A DNA stretch of 64,000 nucleotides from an uncultured bacterium (GTDB lineage: Bacteria > Hydrothermota > Tepidihabitantia > SM23-42 > JAOAFX01). The notes under the pieces were generated by a model that saw only the letters and a program-made list of their open reading frames with translations, made no database searches and was not told where the DNA came from. Numbering within the stretch: the first letter of the stretch is position 1; each line of letters begins with the position of its first letter. This document shows positions 40,917-50,213 of this stretch, piece by piece. A program made the translations under genes and the position numbers. The stretch covers positions 64,409-128,408 of the forward strand of contig CAYQKL010000001.1 of the NCBI GenBank assembly GCA_964418185.1, in the 5' to 3' direction.

Positions 40917-42032
40917 TTAGCTATGGCACACCTCAGTATAAAAATCCAAGACCTGTTTGGTTACAACCTTCCAGTCATATTGTTTCGCTTTTTTCCTGCC
41001 TGCATCACCCATCTGCCTCATCAGTTCAGGCTTTCTTAAGAGACTAATGATCTTTTCAGTTAGGGATTCAGGATTCATCGGCTCAAAGAAGAAACCTTCA
41101 ACCCCATTGCTAAGAATCGTTCTATATCCTGGAATGTCTGATGCAACAATCGGTTTGCCGCTCGCCATCGCCTCCAGTAAGACAATACCAAAACTTTCTG
41201 CCCCGGTTGCAGGCGAACAATAGATATCACAGGATGCATAATAACGAGGTAAATCTTCTGGGCTTACATAACCTACGAATATTACATTTTCTTTTATATG
41301 CTCCTCAATATAACGACGATAATAATGTTCTAAAAACCCTTCACCCACAATAACGAGTTTTGCTTCGGGGAACTCTTTTACAATATTGGGAAATGCCATC
41401 AAAAGATATTTCAATCCCTTGCGCGGTTCAAATCTTCCTACAAAAAGGATTTTGGGCGAATATTTTTTTAATTCTGCTATCGTAGTTACCTCAGGATTGA
41501 ACCTTTCGCTATCAATACCATTGGGGATAATTCGATATTCACCAATTGGGAAATAGCGCAAAACACAATCCCTTGCTACTGTAGAAACTGCAATCATTCC
41601 ATCAATTCTCCGGAAATACTGTTCCAGCACTGGTTCCCATAGAACATAACCAAAACTCTCTTCGTAGGCCGAATGAAAGGTAACAAAATTTTTTGCCTTT
41701 GAATACTTCAAAGCAAGATAAGGCAGAGTTGGTGCAAGCGCACCATGCAAATGGATGACATCAAATCTCTCTGCCTCCAGAAATCTACGAATTTGCCAGG
41801 GTAAGGTAATACCAAAACTCAATACTGAAAATGAGCGATTCTTAGGAAATTTTATTGCCCTGCCCATACGCACAATCTTTTCATCCACATAGGGATAGTT
41901 CTTGCCAAATGATGGAGCAAGAATTTTTGCCAGATGCCCCATCTGATTCAAATTTTTCCAGAGGTGTAGAATATGTTCTGAGATACCTCCGGTATGGGGA
42001 TAAAAAATATCTGAGACAAGCAGGACCTTCAA
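40917..42032 (-). CDS. glycosyltransferase family 4 (GT-B, group 1)
   Basis: 371 aa; EX7E-type C-terminal motif region (GVEGFFFEP) and GT4 fold pattern. Confidence 0.7.
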   Translation of the reverse strand: MKVLLVSDIFYPHTGGISEHILHLWKNLNQMGHLAKILAPSFGKNYPYVDEKIVRMGRAIKFPKNRSFSVLSFGITLPWQIRRFLEAERFDVIHLHGALAPTLPYLALKYSKAKNFVTFHSAYEESFGYVLWEPVLEQYFRRIDGMIAVSTVARDCVLRYFPIGEYRIIPNGIDSERFNPEVTTIAELKKYSPKILFVGRFEPRKGLKYLLMAFPNIVKEFPEAKLVIVGEGFLEHYYRRYIEEHIKENVIFVGYVSPEDLPRYYASCDIYCSPATGAESFGIVLLEAMASGKPIVASDIPGYRTILSNGVEGFFFEPMNPESLTEKIISLLRKPELMRQMGDAGRKKAKQYDWKVVTKQVLDFYTEVCHS

Positions 42033-42532
42033 GCAATGCCTCCTGTATGTCCAAACCCACCCCTTCCCCGTTGAGTTCTGCTCAACTTCTTTACCTTAAT
42101 AAATTTCGCCTTAGTGACCGGAGCAAATATCATTTGGGCAACTCTATCTCCACGCTTTATTCTCACTCTCTTCTTACCAAAGTTGAAAATGATAACCTTT
42201 ATCTCTCCGCGATAATCTGCATCAATTGTGCCTGGTGCATTCAATATTCCTATCCCATATTTTAGTGCCAATCCGCTTCGAGGTCTGACCTGGGCTTCAA
42301 AGCCCTCTGGTATTTCCACACTAATACCAGTCGGTATTGCACAAAAATTACCAGGTTCAAGAACCACAGGCATTTTAATATCCGCACACAAATCGCACCC
42401 AGCAGAGTGTTGCGTCTGATATTTTGGTACAAAATTACCTTTGATTTTGATTTCTATTCCACCAGTTCTCTTATTATCCGTAGACCTTTTGAATTTCAGG
42501 TATTTGAAAGTCTTTTTCATCATTCTATCCAC
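42029..42532 (-). CDS. dut: dUTP diphosphatase
   Basis: dUTPase motifs [23 protein letters not shown]; the N-terminal extension suggests the real start may be internal. Confidence 0.75.
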   Translation of the reverse strand: MDRMMKKTFKYLKFKRSTDNKRTGGIEIKIKGNFVPKYQTQHSAGCDLCADIKMPVVLEPGNFCAIPTGISVEIPEGFEAQVRPRSGLALKYGIGILNAPGTIDADYRGEIKVIIFNFGKKRVRIKRGDRVAQMIFAPVTKAKFIKVKKLSRTQRGRGGFGHTGGIA

Positions 42533-43365
42533 TCAGGATGAAAAACAAACCACTGGTCTGGATATTTTGAAATGATTGTCTGGAATCTTTCAATAATATA
42601 TGTGTAGAATTCATTTTCATCATTGAACAACTCCATTTTTTCAACGACCCCCAAGTAACGTTTTTTACCATCAGTTTTTTTAAGCAAAACCATATATCCA
42701 AAGACCACAGGAATCCTGCGTTTGATAATTATCGCACCCAGATTTCTTGGAAGGCTCCTTTTTCCTGAAAAGAATTTGAATACCACACCCTGCTTGAGTA
42801 TATCCCGGTCAGCAAGAACCGCAAGTATACGGTTGTTTTTTATTGTATCAAGAAAGGCGTAACTCGCCCGGGAAAGTGAGAAAGTCCTTAAACCTGTTGC
42901 CTCACGATGCTTTGTATACAATCTAAACATCTCCGGCTCGGTCTCTTCAACCAGTGCATTCATTGGATAACCTAAGGCAGCAAGATAACTACCAGCAAAG
43001 TCCCAGTTTCCAAGATGCATTGTAATCAGAATACAACCCCTTTTCTGCTGCAATGCCCTATCCAGATTTTCAAAACCCCGGGGAATAACCTCTTTTATTA
43101 ATTCATCCTTCTTCAAAAATCCCAACCGAAAGAAATCAACCATACAACGACTAAAATTCTCAAATGTCCGCCGACCAAGTTCATTATGAAGTTCTGGATT
43201 TAGTGGCAGAATGTGGTGGAGATTCTGCAAGATGTAACCTCTTTTTCTCTTAAGAAAGGAATAACATATTCCCCCAGTAAACCGCGCAATCCCGTCAGTA
43301 ATTCGTAGGGGAAGTATCCTTACCAATCCTATTCCACACTTCTGAAGTTTAACCGCGATATTCAC
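42520..43365 (-). CDS. LpxL/HtrB-family lipid acyltransferase
   Basis: 281 aa; [12 protein letters not shown] (HX4D-like motif) typical of Kdo2-lipid IVA / PIM-type late acyltransferases. Confidence 0.6.
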   Translation of the reverse strand: MNIAVKLQKCGIGLVRILPLRITDGIARFTGGICYSFLKRKRGYILQNLHHILPLNPELHNELGRRTFENFSRCMVDFFRLGFLKKDELIKEVIPRGFENLDRALQQKRGCILITMHLGNWDFAGSYLAALGYPMNALVEETEPEMFRLYTKHREATGLRTFSLSRASYAFLDTIKNNRILAVLADRDILKQGVVFKFFSGKRSLPRNLGAIIIKRRIPVVFGYMVLLKKTDGKKRYLGVVEKMELFNDENEFYTYIIERFQTIISKYPDQWFVFHPEWIE

Positions 43366-43368
43366 CAG

Positions 43369-44622
43369 TCAAGATTTTATGTTTTTTTTTCTGTATTCTT
43401 TGAGCGCGATACCAAGTATCTTTATGGCATTTCTAATATCTTCTTCTTTAAGCACATAAGCAACTCTGATCTGATTTCTGCCCTTTTTCAATGTAGAATA
43501 AAATCCATTGGCAGGCGCAAGCATTACAGTGCTATTTTGATAACTAAAATCGGTCAGAAGCCACTGACAGAAATGGTCAGCGTCCTTCACAGGCAGACTG
43601 AGGACCGTATAAAATGCACCTTCAGGTTTGTGCCCATAAACATCAGGGATCTCCTTTAGACAATCAAATAGCACATTGCGGCGGTGTTCATATTCTTTGA
43701 TCATTGGGATAACATATTTATCTATACATTTATAAGCCGAAATTGCACCGATCTGTTCCAAGGTCGGAGGGCACAATCGTGCCTGGCAGAATCTTATCAG
43801 TACATCCATCACCTTCTTATTACGACTGATAATACAACCAACCCGGGCACCACAGGCTGAAAACCTCTTTGATATAGAATCCATCAGTATCACGCGATCT
43901 TCAATTTCTGGTAGCGATAAGGCGCTGATGTGTTCTTTGCCATCATAGATAAACTCACGGTAGACCTCGTCAGAGAGTATAAAAAGATTATGTTTTTTAC
44001 TCAAACGCTGAAGGATGAACATCTCCTCTTCGGTGAGCACTGTTCCTGTTGGATTGTTTGGTGTGTTGATTAGAATCGCCCGGGTACGAGTGGTTATCTT
44101 CTTTCCAATCTCTGATTCAGATGGAAGATGAAAACCATTTTCAATCTTTGTTTCTATCGCAACAAGTTTTATATTAGCCATTACAGAAAACCCGTTGTAA
44201 TTTGTATAATAAGGTTCAAAAATTATTATTTCATCTTTTGGGTCGCAAACCGTCATCATCGCGAAGATAATTGCTTCACTACCACCAATTGTAATCCAGA
44301 TATTATCAAGGTCCAGGTCAAACCCAAGGGTCCGATAGTAATTAAGAATTGCAAGCCGTAGATCAAGCATTCCCCCCGAAGGTCCGTAACCCAACACCTT
44401 TTCGCGGTAATTTGCAATGGATTCAAATATCTCTGGTGGAGTCTCAATATCAGGTTGACCAATATTAAGGTGATAGACCTTTATTCCTCTTTTCTTTGCC
44501 TCATCAGCAAAGGATGACAATTTCCTGATAGGTGAATAGGGCATATGGTCTGCCCTTTGTGAAAGTATGCGTTCTTTAATTTGTTTTTTTACCATACAGA
44601 AATTATATCCAGAAGATTTCAA
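43369..44622 (-). CDS. class I/II pyridoxal-phosphate aminotransferase (aspartate/aromatic or LL-DAP type)
   Basis: 417 aa; NIGQPDIETP and SKRFSACGARVG (PLP lysine) motifs. Confidence 0.65.
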   Translation of the reverse strand: MKSSGYNFCMVKKQIKERILSQRADHMPYSPIRKLSSFADEAKKRGIKVYHLNIGQPDIETPPEIFESIANYREKVLGYGPSGGMLDLRLAILNYYRTLGFDLDLDNIWITIGGSEAIIFAMMTVCDPKDEIIIFEPYYTNYNGFSVMANIKLVAIETKIENGFHLPSESEIGKKITTRTRAILINTPNNPTGTVLTEEEMFILQRLSKKHNLFILSDEVYREFIYDGKEHISALSLPEIEDRVILMDSISKRFSACGARVGCIISRNKKVMDVLIRFCQARLCPPTLEQIGAISAYKCIDKYVIPMIKEYEHRRNVLFDCLKEIPDVYGHKPEGAFYTVLSLPVKDADHFCQWLLTDFSYQNSTVMLAPANGFYSTLKKGRNQIRVAYVLKEEDIRNAIKILGIALKEYRKKNIKS

Positions 44623-44673
44623 AAGTCAATCATTGTGGGATGAGTGTTCTGCCCTAACAACCTAATCAAGCCG

Positions 44674-44701
44674 TTGACATTGGATAGAATTTCCATATAA
44701 T
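44674..44701 (+). promoter_or_regulatory. sigma70 consensus promoter TTGACA-N16-TATAAT upstream of the PAS-GGDEF gene
   Basis: Exact hexamers at 44674-44679 and 44696-44701; 21-nt leader without SD before the ATG at 44723. Confidence 0.5.
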
Positions 44702-44722
44702 TAAAATGGGCTTGAAAAACCA

Positions 44723-46081
44723 ATGAAGCATACAAAATTTAGGAGAATTTCAAAGGCAAAATTGCTTGAGGAAGTAGCCATCTTGAAAGCCCGGGTAAAA
44801 GACTTACAGAAAACCCTGGTTTGGTACAAGGCAATAAATAAGGCAGTCTTTGAACACTCACCCGTGGGGATCACTGTGAGATTAGGGTCAGGCGAGCTTA
44901 TTTCATTCAATAAAGCCTGGAAAAAAATCTGGAATTTAACATACCGAAAAATCATTGAAAACGAAGAAAAATGTAGAAATTGGAATGTTCGCCAGCGATA
45001 TCCTTTTCTAAAAGATGCCATACCAAAGGTTCAACGAGTTTTTGACAGAGGTGGTGAGGTATTTTTACCCGAAATTCATGTAGTAAATCCGCAAACAAAG
45101 TTTGACAAATTGATTTCCCAGCATTACTATGCGATAAAAAACAATCAGAACAAAGTTGAACATGTCGTAACCATTACCCAGGACATTAGCGAACAAAAAC
45201 GCGTTCTCACGGCACTCCAGGAAAGTGAGGAGAAGTTCAGAACTATCGTAAACAATGTCAATCTTGGGGTCTATCGTTCTACGGCTGAATCACCTGGTTA
45301 TTTTGTCCAGGTTAATCCTGCATTTGTAAAGATGTTTGGCTATAAATCAACAAAACAGGTTTTGAAGATACCGGTGGAGAAAGTTTATAAGAACCCAGAG
45401 GACCGTAGGAAATTTATCAGAGATCTTCTGACAAAAGGAGAGGTGACTGACCGAGAACTGCTATTGAACAGAAGTGATGGTTCTATATTCTGGGCTTCAA
45501 TATATGCCAAGGCACACTTTGATGAGAGTGGTAAACTTCAGTGGATTGACGGTGTGATTGAAGACATTACTGAACGCAAGAAAACAACCGAAATGCTCCA
45601 CGCCCTTTCATTCACGGATGAACTCACTGGACTATACAACCGCCGAGGATTTTTTGCTTTGGCTGAACACCAGGTGAAAATTGCAAATCGGACAGAAAAA
45701 TCTATGTTGTTACTCTTCGTAGATATGGACAACCTCAAGGATATCAATGATGAGTATGGCCATCAAATGGGTGACGAGGCACTCATCCAGACCACGAAAA
45801 TTCTAAAGAAGACCTTCCGCGGATCTGATATTATTGCTCGAATCGGTGGCGACGAATTTGTGATTCTGACCATTGAAATGCAGAAGACAAAAGGAGAAAT
45901 CTTCTGCGAACGTCTGCAAAAAAGTGTGAATATTTTTAACCGAACTAAAAAATTACCTTTCGGTATTGCATTAAGTGTAGGATGGTCATATTATGAACCC
46001 AAAAAACCTAAATCTATTGCGTTACTTTTGAGGCAAGCCGACCGAATGATGTATTTGCACAAAAAAAAGAAAACGATTTAA
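44723..46081 (+). CDS. PAS-domain diguanylate cyclase (GGDEF) with intact I-site
   Basis: 452 aa; two PAS-like regions; RGSDIIARIGGDEF (RxxD I-site plus GGDEF active site). Confidence 0.8.
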   Translation: MKHTKFRRISKAKLLEEVAILKARVKDLQKTLVWYKAINKAVFEHSPVGITVRLGSGELISFNKAWKKIWNLTYRKIIENEEKCRNWNVRQRYPFLKDAIPKVQRVFDRGGEVFLPEIHVVNPQTKFDKLISQHYYAIKNNQNKVEHVVTITQDISEQKRVLTALQESEEKFRTIVNNVNLGVYRSTAESPGYFVQVNPAFVKMFGYKSTKQVLKIPVEKVYKNPEDRRKFIRDLLTKGEVTDRELLLNRSDGSIFWASIYAKAHFDESGKLQWIDGVIEDITERKKTTEMLHALSFTDELTGLYNRRGFFALAEHQVKIANRTEKSMLLLFVDMDNLKDINDEYGHQMGDEALIQTTKILKKTFRGSDIIARIGGDEFVILTIEMQKTKGEIFCERLQKSVNIFNRTKKLPFGIALSVGWSYYEPKKPKSIALLLRQADRMMYLHKKKKTI

Positions 46082-46131
46082 GAGGTAATTAATGAAAAGA
46101 ATTTTTTTATCAGTAGAAAAAGGAGGATAGT

Positions 46132-48330
46132 ATGAATCAATTGGTTGGGTTTTTCTTAATAACCATTATAGGACTATTCAGTCCACTAAAAAAAATCAGA
46201 GAGATGCAAAGAGATCATTTTGAACCCCAGTACGTACATCCATCAATAAAATCAGAAAATCCATGGAACTGGAATCTTTTCAATCTGCCGGGGGGTGAAA
46301 TCCTCGGTACATTCAGCCATCCTAACGCGCCGAATTTGGCATTTGCCCTTTCATTCCGCGATGTCTGGCGTACAACAGATGGCGGAACGAACTGGGAATT
46401 ATCCTTAGAAAATTGTATGCCCCTGGGGGGACTGATGTCAACACCAACAAGGGGTATAGTAATTGACGGATCAGGCACAGTCTGGATAACCTTAAATGGT
46501 GGCTCAGATTGGGCTGAAGTCTTGTATACGAATAATTTTCAGACGGCAAGTTTTGAAGTGACTGATACGATAATTTACCTTGTTGATAGTACTCCCCCAA
46601 GACTTTGGCGCAGTACAAATTCAGGCCTTTCCTGGCAGGTCATTGGTACTTTTAGTAATCTTTACGCAGTTGACCAAATCACCCATATTCCAAACGCACC
46701 AAATGTCTTTTGGCTGCTGGGTCACACCGTACCTGATGATACACTTACCTATATCTATTATTCATCAGCCAGTGCATTTGTTGATACCATTCCAGCTGAC
46801 GAGGTTTTAGATTTTCAGCCCAATCCGTATAATCCAAATCATACCCTTATTGCTACAAGTAATGGGATGTACCAGGCATTATCTCCGGCTGGTCCATGGA
46901 CAACGCTAAATGAACCACTGGTCTTTGGATTGTATCAACCCGTAGATATTGAATTTACGGGCAATGATTCAATCGTAGTTTCAAGCTATCTCAGTCCCGG
47001 GATTTTTAAAGGACAAAGGCAGTATAATGTGTGGCTATTTTCTTACGTGGAATCGCGTGAGATAGGCACCTATGTAAGTTCCGGCGGACCAACAACCTTT
47101 TATGCTGGCTGTATGGGCAAAGGAGTCTACAAATCTACGGACGATGGTTCCTCCTGGTCAATCCAGAGAAACAATCTCTATGCCCATACCATTATCAGTC
47201 CGGGTTGTGTTAGCTATCCTAATTTGGATACGAGCTTTTACTACATTGGCCTTGGTGGTATCATTTATCGCTTCAGAAACCCGGGTTCTGCTTATGATAC
47301 ATTAAAGAACTTTCTACTTATGGGTTCTGCGATTGAATCTGCTCCAACCAGTCCTAATTTTCTTATTGCCTCCTGCATCGATATGCAGATTTCTGGAACA
47401 ACCTTAAGCATGGGAACGATATTTACATCTAATGATGGTGGAATGAACTGGACAAAGGTTGATTCTAATTACCTGCCCACTGATTTTCTAATAACCAGTA
47501 ATCCTAATATCATTATTGGTCTCTGCGACACATTCTTGATTCGTTCAACAACTGGCGGTACCAACTTCACACCAATATTTGCGCAATCTACTTCTCTGGG
47601 AAATCTTGCGGGTCTTGATACAATCTTTGTCGAAACGGATGACAATGTATTCGTAAGTTATGACCAAGGTGCAAACTGGCAGCTCCTTTTTGTTGACCCC
47701 GGCGACGGCACCAATGAAATCTCCTATGACAATACCCAAAAAATTCTATATTTGACCGATATTCCGATCTACCGATACAACTTGCAAACCGTCATTCTTG
47801 ACAGCATAACATTCAATGGTTATGCAAATTATGTAACTGATGTAGCGCCGAATGGAAAGCTATATTTCTTATACCGTGGTGCCGATACTACCTACATTGC
47901 CCGTTCATTTGATACCGGAAATACTATTGAGCAGGAACCATTTCCTATCTCACACTTGTTTGGAGGGCTGGTCGCCAGCAACAGTGCATTATACTATTAC
48001 GAAGGAGGCAGGAGATTCTGGGTAAATATGGATATAACGCATAAGATTGAAGAAATACATACAGGAAAACAGATTTCACCAGTTTCTATGCCAACAGTAA
48101 TCAGAAAGGGGACAAATTTGACTATTAAATTCACCTCGTCGCAATGGCAAAATTATCCACTCAAGTTCTACGATATTTCAGGCCGAGTTGTAAAAACTAT
48201 TACTCATCAAAATTTCGTTTCAGGATCTGGCGCCATTGAGTTCAGCACAAAGGGGTTTGAATCAGGCGTCTACTTCTTAATAATTGACAATCCACAAAAC
48301 AGGATTGCAAAGAAATTGATTATCTATTGA
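46132..48330 (+). CDS. secreted BNR/Asp-box repeat (sialidase/Ycf48-like beta-propeller) protein with T9SS C-terminal sorting domain
   Basis: Multiple S/T-x-D-x-G-x-x-W boxes (TDGGTNWE, STNSGLSWQ, STDDGSSWS, SNDGGMNWT, TTGGTNFT, YDQGANWQ). C-terminal T9SS CTD (LKFYDISGRVVKTI...GVYFLIID...KKLIIY). SD AAGGAGGA upstream. Confidence 0.7.
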   Translation: MNQLVGFFLITIIGLFSPLKKIREMQRDHFEPQYVHPSIKSENPWNWNLFNLPGGEILGTFSHPNAPNLAFALSFRDVWRTTDGGTNWELSLENCMPLGGLMSTPTRGIVIDGSGTVWITLNGGSDWAEVLYTNNFQTASFEVTDTIIYLVDSTPPRLWRSTNSGLSWQVIGTFSNLYAVDQITHIPNAPNVFWLLGHTVPDDTLTYIYYSSASAFVDTIPADEVLDFQPNPYNPNHTLIATSNGMYQALSPAGPWTTLNEPLVFGLYQPVDIEFTGNDSIVVSSYLSPGIFKGQRQYNVWLFSYVESREIGTYVSSGGPTTFYAGCMGKGVYKSTDDGSSWSIQRNNLYAHTIISPGCVSYPNLDTSFYYIGLGGIIYRFRNPGSAYDTLKNFLLMGSAIESAPTSPNFLIASCIDMQISGTTLSMGTIFTSNDGGMNWTKVDSNYLPTDFLITSNPNIIIGLCDTFLIRSTTGGTNFTPIFAQSTSLGNLAGLDTIFVETDDNVFVSYDQGANWQLLFVDPGDGTNEISYDNTQKILYLTDIPIYRYNLQTVILDSITFNGYANYVTDVAPNGKLYFLYRGADTTYIARSFDTGNTIEQEPFPISHLFGGLVASNSALYYYEGGRRFWVNMDITHKIEEIHTGKQISPVSMPTVIRKGTNLTIKFTSSQWQNYPLKFYDISGRVVKTITHQNFVSGSGAIEFSTKGFESGVYFLIIDNPQNRIAKKLIIY

Positions 48331-48382
48331 ATTTTATCGCATTATGATATCATAAGGCACGAGTTTAGAACAACGGTTGTTA

Positions 48383-48410
48383 TTGACTTATCAATAGGAA
48401 TCAATATAAT
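48383..48410 (+). promoter_or_regulatory. sigma70 consensus promoter TTGACT-N16-TATAAT, 5 nt upstream of the epimerase ATG (leaderless)
   Basis: Hexamers at 48383-48388 and 48405-48410; ATG at 48416. Confidence 0.5.
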
Positions 48411-48415
48411 TTGCT

Positions 48416-49348
48416 ATGAATATTCTTGTTACCGGTGGTGCGGGTTTTATTGGTTCCCATATTGTTGATGCCTATATAAATGAAGGACATAGTGTAGTAA
48501 TAATCGATGACCTTTCAACTGGTGATATCAAAAATATAAATCCCGGGGCTGAATTCATAAAACAAGATATTTCCAAATCCGAAATAGAAACGATCTTCAA
48601 AGAATTTCGATTTGAAATAGTAAACCATCATGCGGCACAGATAAATGTACGCCGTTCTCTCGAAGATCCATTATTTGATGCACAGGTAAATATCATTGGT
48701 TCCTTAAATCTTCTCAACCTTTCAGCAAAATATAGAATTAAGAAATTTATCTTTTCTTCAAGTGGTGGTGCAATCTATGGCGAACCGAAGACCTATCCCA
48801 TTACCGAAGATTTTCAACCAGAACCGCTTTCGCCGTACGGTGTCGCTAAACTTGCCGTAGAACATTATATCAAAGTATTCGCAAAGTTATACAATTTTCA
48901 GTATGTCATTCTGCGCTACAGTAATGTCTATGGACCTAGACAGATTTCCAAGAGCGAAGCCGGGGTCATATCAATCTTCATTAACCAAATTCTTGAGAGC
49001 AAAGAATGTTTTGTAAACGGTGATGGCGAACAGATTCGTGATTATGTCTATGTTGGTGATGTAGTAAGGGCAAATCTTCTGGCATTAAATGCCCATTCAG
49101 ATTATTTTAACATCGGCACCGGTATTGAGACCAGCGTTAATAGATTGCTTGAGGTGTTGGAGAGAATATTAAAGAAAAAGATACCCCACCAGCATCGTGC
49201 ACCAATACCCGGTGAGGTGCTCAAGAATGTTTTGGATTATTCAAAGGCAAGAAAAGTGTTATGCTGGTCTCCAGAGGTTCTCTTAGAAAAAGGTATTGAA
49301 TTGACATATAAATACTTTTTTAATGAAAAACAAAACAAAGTATCTTAA
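48416..49348 (+). CDS. NAD-dependent epimerase/dehydratase (UDP-glucose 4-epimerase-like SDR)
   Basis: VTGGAGFIGSH Rossmann motif and the YxxxK of extended SDRs. Confidence 0.8.
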   Translation: MNILVTGGAGFIGSHIVDAYINEGHSVVIIDDLSTGDIKNINPGAEFIKQDISKSEIETIFKEFRFEIVNHHAAQINVRRSLEDPLFDAQVNIIGSLNLLNLSAKYRIKKFIFSSSGGAIYGEPKTYPITEDFQPEPLSPYGVAKLAVEHYIKVFAKLYNFQYVILRYSNVYGPRQISKSEAGVISIFINQILESKECFVNGDGEQIRDYVYVGDVVRANLLALNAHSDYFNIGTGIETSVNRLLEVLERILKKKIPHQHRAPIPGEVLKNVLDYSKARKVLCWSPEVLLEKGIELTYKYFFNEKQNKVS

Positions 49349-50213
49349 TTCTGAAATCCTTGCGCGCTTATCAAGACTTGATTTAAAGGCAAGATTAGTC
49401 GTAGAAGGATTTCTCACCGGCTTGCACCATAGCCCGTACAAAGGTTTTTCCCAGGAATTCACTGATTATCGTCCCTATATGCCCGGTGATGAAATAAAAC
49501 GCATTGACTGGAAGGTATTTGCAAGACGCGATCGATTCTATGTCAAAGAATATCAGGAAGAAACCAATCTGCGGGCGTATATTCTGCTTGACAAAAGTGG
49601 TTCAATGGGCTATGGAAAGCAGATAACAAAACTTGAATATGCAAAATTTTTGAGTGCCTGCCTTGCCTATCTTCTGTTCAAACAAAGAGATGGAGTTGGC
49701 ATTATTACCTTTGACACAAAAATAAACCACTTCATACCACCTTCGGCAAAAAAAATAAATTTCACAAGAATTCTACAGTCAATTGATGAAATAAATTCTG
49801 GCAATGAAACATCCCTTGCCAGTATCTTATTTGAACTCGGTCAGAAAATAAAACGCCGGGCACTGGTTATACTTATCTCAGACCTTTTTGATAAACCCGA
49901 GACGGTTTTGAAATCGCTAAAATCATTTCGGGCACGCAGACACGAAATCATCGTCTTTCAGATTATTGATCCTCAAGAATTTACATTCCCGTTCAGCGAA
50001 ATTGCTATTTTCCAGGATATGGAAACGAATGAAAATCTGGTCATTGAACCCAGCGCCGTTCGAGAATCCTACAAAAAGAAATTTGGAGAATTTCTGGATT
50101 ATTATAATCGGCATATGCCTGAATCCCGGATTGATTACGAGTTGATAAATACGGCAGAGAGTTTTGACCGAGCACTATTTTCATATCTTCAGAAACGTGC
50201 AAGACTTATATGA
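49323..50213 (+). CDS. DUF58 domain protein (vWA-like, MoxR/Bat-operon associated)
   Basis: YRPYMPGDEIKRIDWKVFARRDRFYVKEY signature of DUF58. Confidence 0.7.
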   Translation: MKNKTKYLNSEILARLSRLDLKARLVVEGFLTGLHHSPYKGFSQEFTDYRPYMPGDEIKRIDWKVFARRDRFYVKEYQEETNLRAYILLDKSGSMGYGKQITKLEYAKFLSACLAYLLFKQRDGVGIITFDTKINHFIPPSAKKINFTRILQSIDEINSGNETSLASILFELGQKIKRRALVILISDLFDKPETVLKSLKSFRARRHEIIVFQIIDPQEFTFPFSEIAIFQDMETNENLVIEPSAVRESYKKKFGEFLDYYNRHMPESRIDYELINTAESFDRALFSYLQKRARLI

